Positions 48,429 through 53,512 of a stretch of 53,512 bases of DNA are shown here, piece after piece. The notes below the pieces were generated by a model. It did no database searches, was not told the DNA's origin, and saw only the letters and a program-made list of their open reading frames with translations. Location of the stretch: the NCBI GenBank assembly GCA_021432655.1, contig MU271389.1:12075-65586 (forward strand), written 5' to 3'. Every line of letters begins with the position of its first letter. Position 1 is the first letter of the stretch. The position numbers and the translations under genes are program-made. This DNA is from Atractiella rhizophila. Lineage: Eukaryota.

Positions 48429-49139
48429 TCATCTCCTTGCATATGGCTTATTGGCGTTGACATTGACATTGAACCTGCTGGTCTTCTTCGGTCCGCTCGT
48501 AGGCTGCTTCTTCTTGCTATCCAGATCCCGTGCCTTTTTCGCACCAATATTCACAGCTCCGACTTGTGTGGTGGCCTTCTTGATCTTGACAGGGCGGGAA
48601 CCAACGTATTTACCTACGCGCCGATATCACTTGTGAATAGACTGATTGATGGGGAAAGCGAGAAACTAACCATCCATCTCCTTCCACGCTTTCATAAAGT
48701 CCTCCGGGTCAGTATAGCTCACAAACCCAAAGCCTCTGCTCTTATTCGTACTCTTATCCCTCACCACCTTTGCTTTCACAAAAGAGGGATATCGTTGAGC
48801 TCCAAACGCATTCCGCAACAAATCATCCGACACATCGTTCGCGAGGTCTCCCACAAACAATCTGAAATGGCTCGGATCCCACTCAAGCAGCGTAGGGTCC
48901 TCCCAAGTCTCTCCACCGCCTTTCCGAATGACGGTCTTCCGCGCGAGGGAAGGACCACGGCCTTGGCGGAACGAATGGGCGTACGATTCAGGCGTGTAGA
49001 TGGATTGTTGGGTGAGGTATCCGGAGTCGTAAGAGGATCCGACGGCGTAGTTGTTTAGCAGTGCTTCCGCTTGCGAGGAAAGAACGGCTGGAGCGTTTGA
49101 GGAGGAGCCAGCACCTGAGGATGTGTCGTAGTATGATGA
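48429..49139 (-). CDS. RBM42: RRM protein, RBM42 family (start codon unresolved)
   Basis: RKTVIRKGGGETWEDPTLLEWDPSHFRLFVGDLANDVSD..KSRGFGFVSY..AWKEMDG|KYVGSRPVKIKKA. Confidence 0.88.
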
Positions 49140-50141
49140 AAGCAGGGGAAAACTTAGGAAAGCGAAGGGATTTGACTGTCTCCTCTCGGCTAAACTCCGA
49201 CAACTGCACCATCCGCCTTCCCAGTCCTGGCAAAGTAGCAGGAGGTAAGAGACTACCCAACAAGAATCTTCTCTTGATCGTAAGCTGGGACAGCAGTACC
49301 TCCTTATTTGCCTCGGTGCGAAGGCTAGGAGGAAGAGGAAGGGTGAAGGTCTACTGCTTCTTCGGAGTGGCAGATGATGGAGGAGGAAGAGGAGGGTTAG
49401 GTCAAGCTTGAGACCGTAAAAACCGCCTGAGACCTAAAACTTACGAAGGTCTTCTAAGGAGAGGTTGAGAAGGGCGTATAAGAAGGAGGGTAAGAGGGAT
49501 CGAACATGGCCTCAAACGTAGTGTAGTGGCGGGACCTTAGCCAACGGCCAGCGCCTTCCACCTCCCAGCTTTAGCGAGAGGCTGCCGCGTTCACTTAAAA
49601 CTCTTCGTCTTCCCCACCACCTTCTCATCTAGACCCCCTTCATCTGAACTTCGCCCTCTCGTTGAACCTTTCTGCCCTTCAACCGCAAAAGAACTGCCTT
49701 AATCTAGGCACGCTCAGAAACCTGCTCTTCCTCTTCCTGCTGCGCTCTCTACTCTCGCTCCCCCTCCTCGCGTTGCTGCCGCGGTAAAGAATGGAAAACA
49801 ATACCCTAAAACTCCCGAGCACTTAACACTACCCTCCACACTGCCAACCCGCAGAGCAACAAAACTACGACGCGTTCCTGCGCAAAGCCTACGTGCACTT
49901 CGGGTGTAGAAAGGAGAAGTTGGAGACGGGTTAAACGGTGGGTCAAAGTTGCTGGTTTCGCTGCATTAGTTATTAAGGTTCCAAGGACGGGTCTCCAGTA
50001 TCTGACACTAACTCACCGGTAACTGATCTTACAGATTGGGTATGTCCAGGCAGAGAAACGAGAGAAACAGGAAGAGTGACTATTGCAAAACATTTGGTTT
50101 TGTCGTCATTAGGGATGTCAAGGATGGGGAGTCGGAGGAGT

Positions 50142-50384
50142 NNNNNNNNNNNNNNNNNNNNNNNNNNNNNNNNNNNNNNNNNNNNNNNNNNNNNNNNNNN
50201 NNNNNNNNNNNNNNNNNNNNNNNNNNNNNNNNNNNNNNNNNNNNNNNNNNNNNNNNNNNNNNNNNNNNNNNNNNNNNNNNNNNNNNNNNNNNNNNNNNNN
50301 NNNNNNNNNNNNNNNNNNNNNNNNNNNNNNNNNNNNNNNNNNNNNNNNNNNNNNNNNNNNNNNNNNNNNNNNNNNNNNNNNNNN
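50142..50384. other. Assembly gap (N run)
   Basis: 243 N bases. Confidence 0.99.
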
Positions 50385-53240
50385 CCTCGCTCTCACTCTC
50401 CAGCTCCACTTCGACCTCGGCTTCGTCCACCATCACGTCCTCTGTCCCACCTCTTAAGAGACCTATGTTTCTACAACCCAAGCGTCCCACGCCGTCCGAC
50501 ATCGCTTTCCACTCTCGAACAGGAGATTCTTCATCTCCCGAAGTGCAGAACTCTTCTCTCTCCTCTTTAGAAAAGGAGCGACACACGGAAGAAGAGACTC
50601 CATCCGCCGAACGCGAGATACGCCGTATCAAACGCGGACCACGACGAGCTGTGCGGCCCATCGAGCCTGAACCGGAACCTGAACGCGAGCGTGATTCAGT
50701 GGCGGAGGAGGAGGTGGAGGAAGGGAGGAGGAGCAGTCGGGAGCTTAGAGAGCTCTTTCATCGTGGGAGCGGGAGTATGAAGAAGACACCCGAACCGTCT
50801 CCTTCGCCGTTGGAGGAAAGGGACGCGTCCACTGTACGGCCGGCGCGAAGGAGCAACTCCCCTGTACACCCAACGAGCACGACTGCGAGGCCGAGATATT
50901 CCAACGATCGCTCGCCGCTCCAGACCAGCACCTCATCTGTACCCTCTGCGGAACATGAAAGAGAACGCGGATCTCACGAGCGCAAGTCCCTCTATGAACG
51001 TCCCTTGTCCAGACTGGAAGGCTCTTTGTCTCGTAGGGAGGCGCATGAGACCGGAGGTGGCAGTAATGAGCGCCCGATGCGGATGGAGAGAACGGCCTCA
51101 CGAGAGGCTGCTGGATCGAACGAACGCGAAAGACCTTTGTCGAGGTTGGACTCCGTCGATAGACCCAGGTCAAGGTTGGAATCCGTCGATCGTCCTAGTT
51201 CTCGGATGGAGAGGATGACAAGCGTCGACCGTGAACGGCCCCTCTCTAGACATGAACGCATGGAATCTGTTGACCGTCCTCTTTCGCGATTTGAACGCAT
51301 GGACAGAGAGAGGGAAAGCATGGATCGCCCTATGTCTAGGTTGGAAAGGAGAAGTCCGGAGTTTGAAATGAGGGCGAAGAAGAGTTCACCCACGGATACA
51401 GGAACTGAGAAGAATTCTCTTACTCTTAGGGGAGGAGACGACAGACCGGAGAAAAGCGCGTTGAGGCATTTTAATGCTGATCGTGAGAGAGAGAGAGAAA
51501 GGGAAGAGCGTGAATTCCAATCCCGACGAGAAATGCCTCCTCCGCCGATCTCTCTGGAACGACAAAATTCATACGGGTATGCACCATCTGCCCAGGAGGA
51601 GTACTATGAATCCTATATGCGTTCGGCATCGAGACCGACAGATTATGCACCTCAGCCTCCACCTTCGATGACACGCTCAAACGAATATCCAGCAAGGCAC
51701 GGCGATTATCCTACTCCCCTGGCACACTCGAATTACCCATCTGCGGCTCCTCCAAGCCGGAATCACGTTAATGGACCTCCTTCTGCTCAACCACAACATC
51801 ACTATCACCACCACGACCCTTATGCACGCAGCGGTGGACCATATCTCCCGCAACAACAACAACAGTATGCAGCTCAACCACCTCCGCCGCAACCTGTCCC
51901 CCAATCGCATTCTCAAGTCTCCATGGGCGGAAAACGTCTGAGTCCCAGCGTGATCAACGGAAAACAATATTGGCGCATCGGCTTGATTGGGAAGGGAGGT
52001 ACGAGCAGAGTTTTCAGGGTGTTGGATAATCTTGGAGGGACCAATGCTGCGATGTATGCTATGAAGAGGGTGGAGCTTCACAGGAGCGATACAGAGAGCT
52101 ACGAAAGCTTCTTGAACGAGATCAAGCTCTTGGAAAGGCTGAAGGGAAATGCGAGAGTTATCAAGCTGGTGGATTCGCAGATCGACCACAACAAGAATCA
52201 GTTGTTCTTGGTAAGCTACGTTGTACTCTTTCCCTCGAAGGCACTCATGCAACACACAGTTGATGGAACTTGGCGAGACGGATCTGAATGGTTTGTTAAT
52301 TGAGCAAATGGGGAAGCCCATTAGTCTGAACTTTATTCGTTATATCTGGGAGCAGGTTTGTCTTGCTCCTCCTGCCTCACTGATTGCTAACGAGGGCGAA
52401 AAGATGCTGCAATGCGTTTCGGTCGTACACGAAGCCAACATTGTCCACAGCGACCTCAAGCCTGCCAATTTCGTGCTCGTTAAAGGCAACCTCAAGCTAA
52501 TCGATTTTGGAATCTCCAAAGCCATCCCCAACGATACCACGAATATCGGTCGAGAGCAACAGATCGGAACTGCGAATTATATGTCTCCCGAGGCTCTTTA
52601 CGACTCCGGCAAAGGCTCTGACGGAAAGAGGCTCATGAAGCTTGGACGACCGAGCGACGTTTGGTCCCTTGGTTGCATACTCTATCAGATGGTCTACGGA
52701 AGAACTCCGTTCAGCCATATCAAGAACGTTTCCCAGAAAATCGTCGCAATCCAGAACGAGAAACACGTGATCGATTTTCCGAGAGAATCTGTGCCGCTCA
52801 ACGAAAAGGGAGAGCCCAACTTGGCCCTGAAGGTCGTGCTGGAACCAGAACTCATCGATACCCTCAGGAGCTGCTTCGAGTTCTTGCCAAAGCAGAGAGC
52901 GACCATCCCTGAACTCCTTCAAGCTCCATTCTTGCGCGGCACCTCAGCTGATAGCTCAGGATCACCTTCACCTTTGAAAGCTGGTGTGTTTATCTAATTT
53001 CCCTAGTTGCGACCCTGTGCTAAGTGAAGGATTAGATGACAAAGATGTTCCCGCAATCACACCGGATTTGGTGTCTAACATCGTCTCAAGAGTGGTCAGG
53101 TGGACTGCCCAGAAGCCAGCGCCAACAGCCATGGAGCAAGATCGTTGGGTTGAAGTAAGTTCACTTTTTCCTTGAAGGACATTCATTGACCTTGAGTGTC
53201 ACAGCGTCTACTTCGCGATCTGGCAGCCAAACAGTCGTAG
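50385..53240 (+). CDS. MPS1: Mps1/TTK spindle-checkpoint kinase (5' end upstream of or inside the gap)
   Basis: IGKGGTSRVF, NEIKLLERLKG, LMELGETDL, HSDLKPANFVLVKGNLKLIDFGISKAIPNDTTNI, GTANYMSPE, GRPSDVWSLGCILYQMVYG. Confidence 0.95.
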
Positions 53241-53512
53241 CGCTTTCTCCACATGCACGGACAACAGCATCCAATTTCTAATACAATCAACTCATACCAA
53301 CAGTCCCGTTTCGTTTTCCCTCTCTGCAAAATAGCTTGCTCAGACCATCGGTTCTTTAGCTCATGCCCTCAGTGCCTCTTTTTCGCTTCAATAAAAAGAT
53401 GACTTGATGCGACCTTTACTGACTTACAGTACTTGTCTTATTGTATTCATTTTATATCTTGTCATTTCTATCCTTCGAATTTCGGTTTGAAGATAAGTTA
53501 GTCGTCGGTGTC

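Noticed and set aside
50036..50141. ORF-track start of Mps1 reading through the N gap
   Set aside because: The frame across the gap is arbitrary, so the true 5' exon cannot be determined

Overview
Eukaryotic, gene-dense fungal nuclear DNA, most likely a basidiomycete; this is inferred from frequent ~50-60 nt GT-AG introns with CTRAY branch sites and from the protein sequences. It has two assembly gaps. About 18 intron-split genes are recognisable housekeeping genes or families: a STEEP1/CXorf56 homolog, CBP6, ATP1, CET1, a BadF/NAGK sugar kinase, an Aa_trans-like transporter, TANGO2/NRDE, DMA1-type FHA-RING, a Mid2/Wsc-like membrane protein, PDI1, ATP20, PA2G4/EBP1, NAXD, two F-box-like genes, alpha-tubulin, RBM42 and MPS1. 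The most unusual element is a ~2.2 kb cassette carrying a head-to-head pair of uncharacterised genes. Gene A has a coiled coil and a conserved KWW..CFC tail; gene B has five exons and an internal 24-aa repeat. The cassette occurs twice in inverted orientation (~20.6-22.9 kb and ~29.8-32.0 kb) around DMA1 and the Mid2-like gene, and a third decayed copy of gene B alone lies at ~36.1-36.75 kb. The right copy is intact, while each gene of the left copy carries one inactivating lesion. Exon structures were read by eye and gene names rest on recognised motifs, not database searches.
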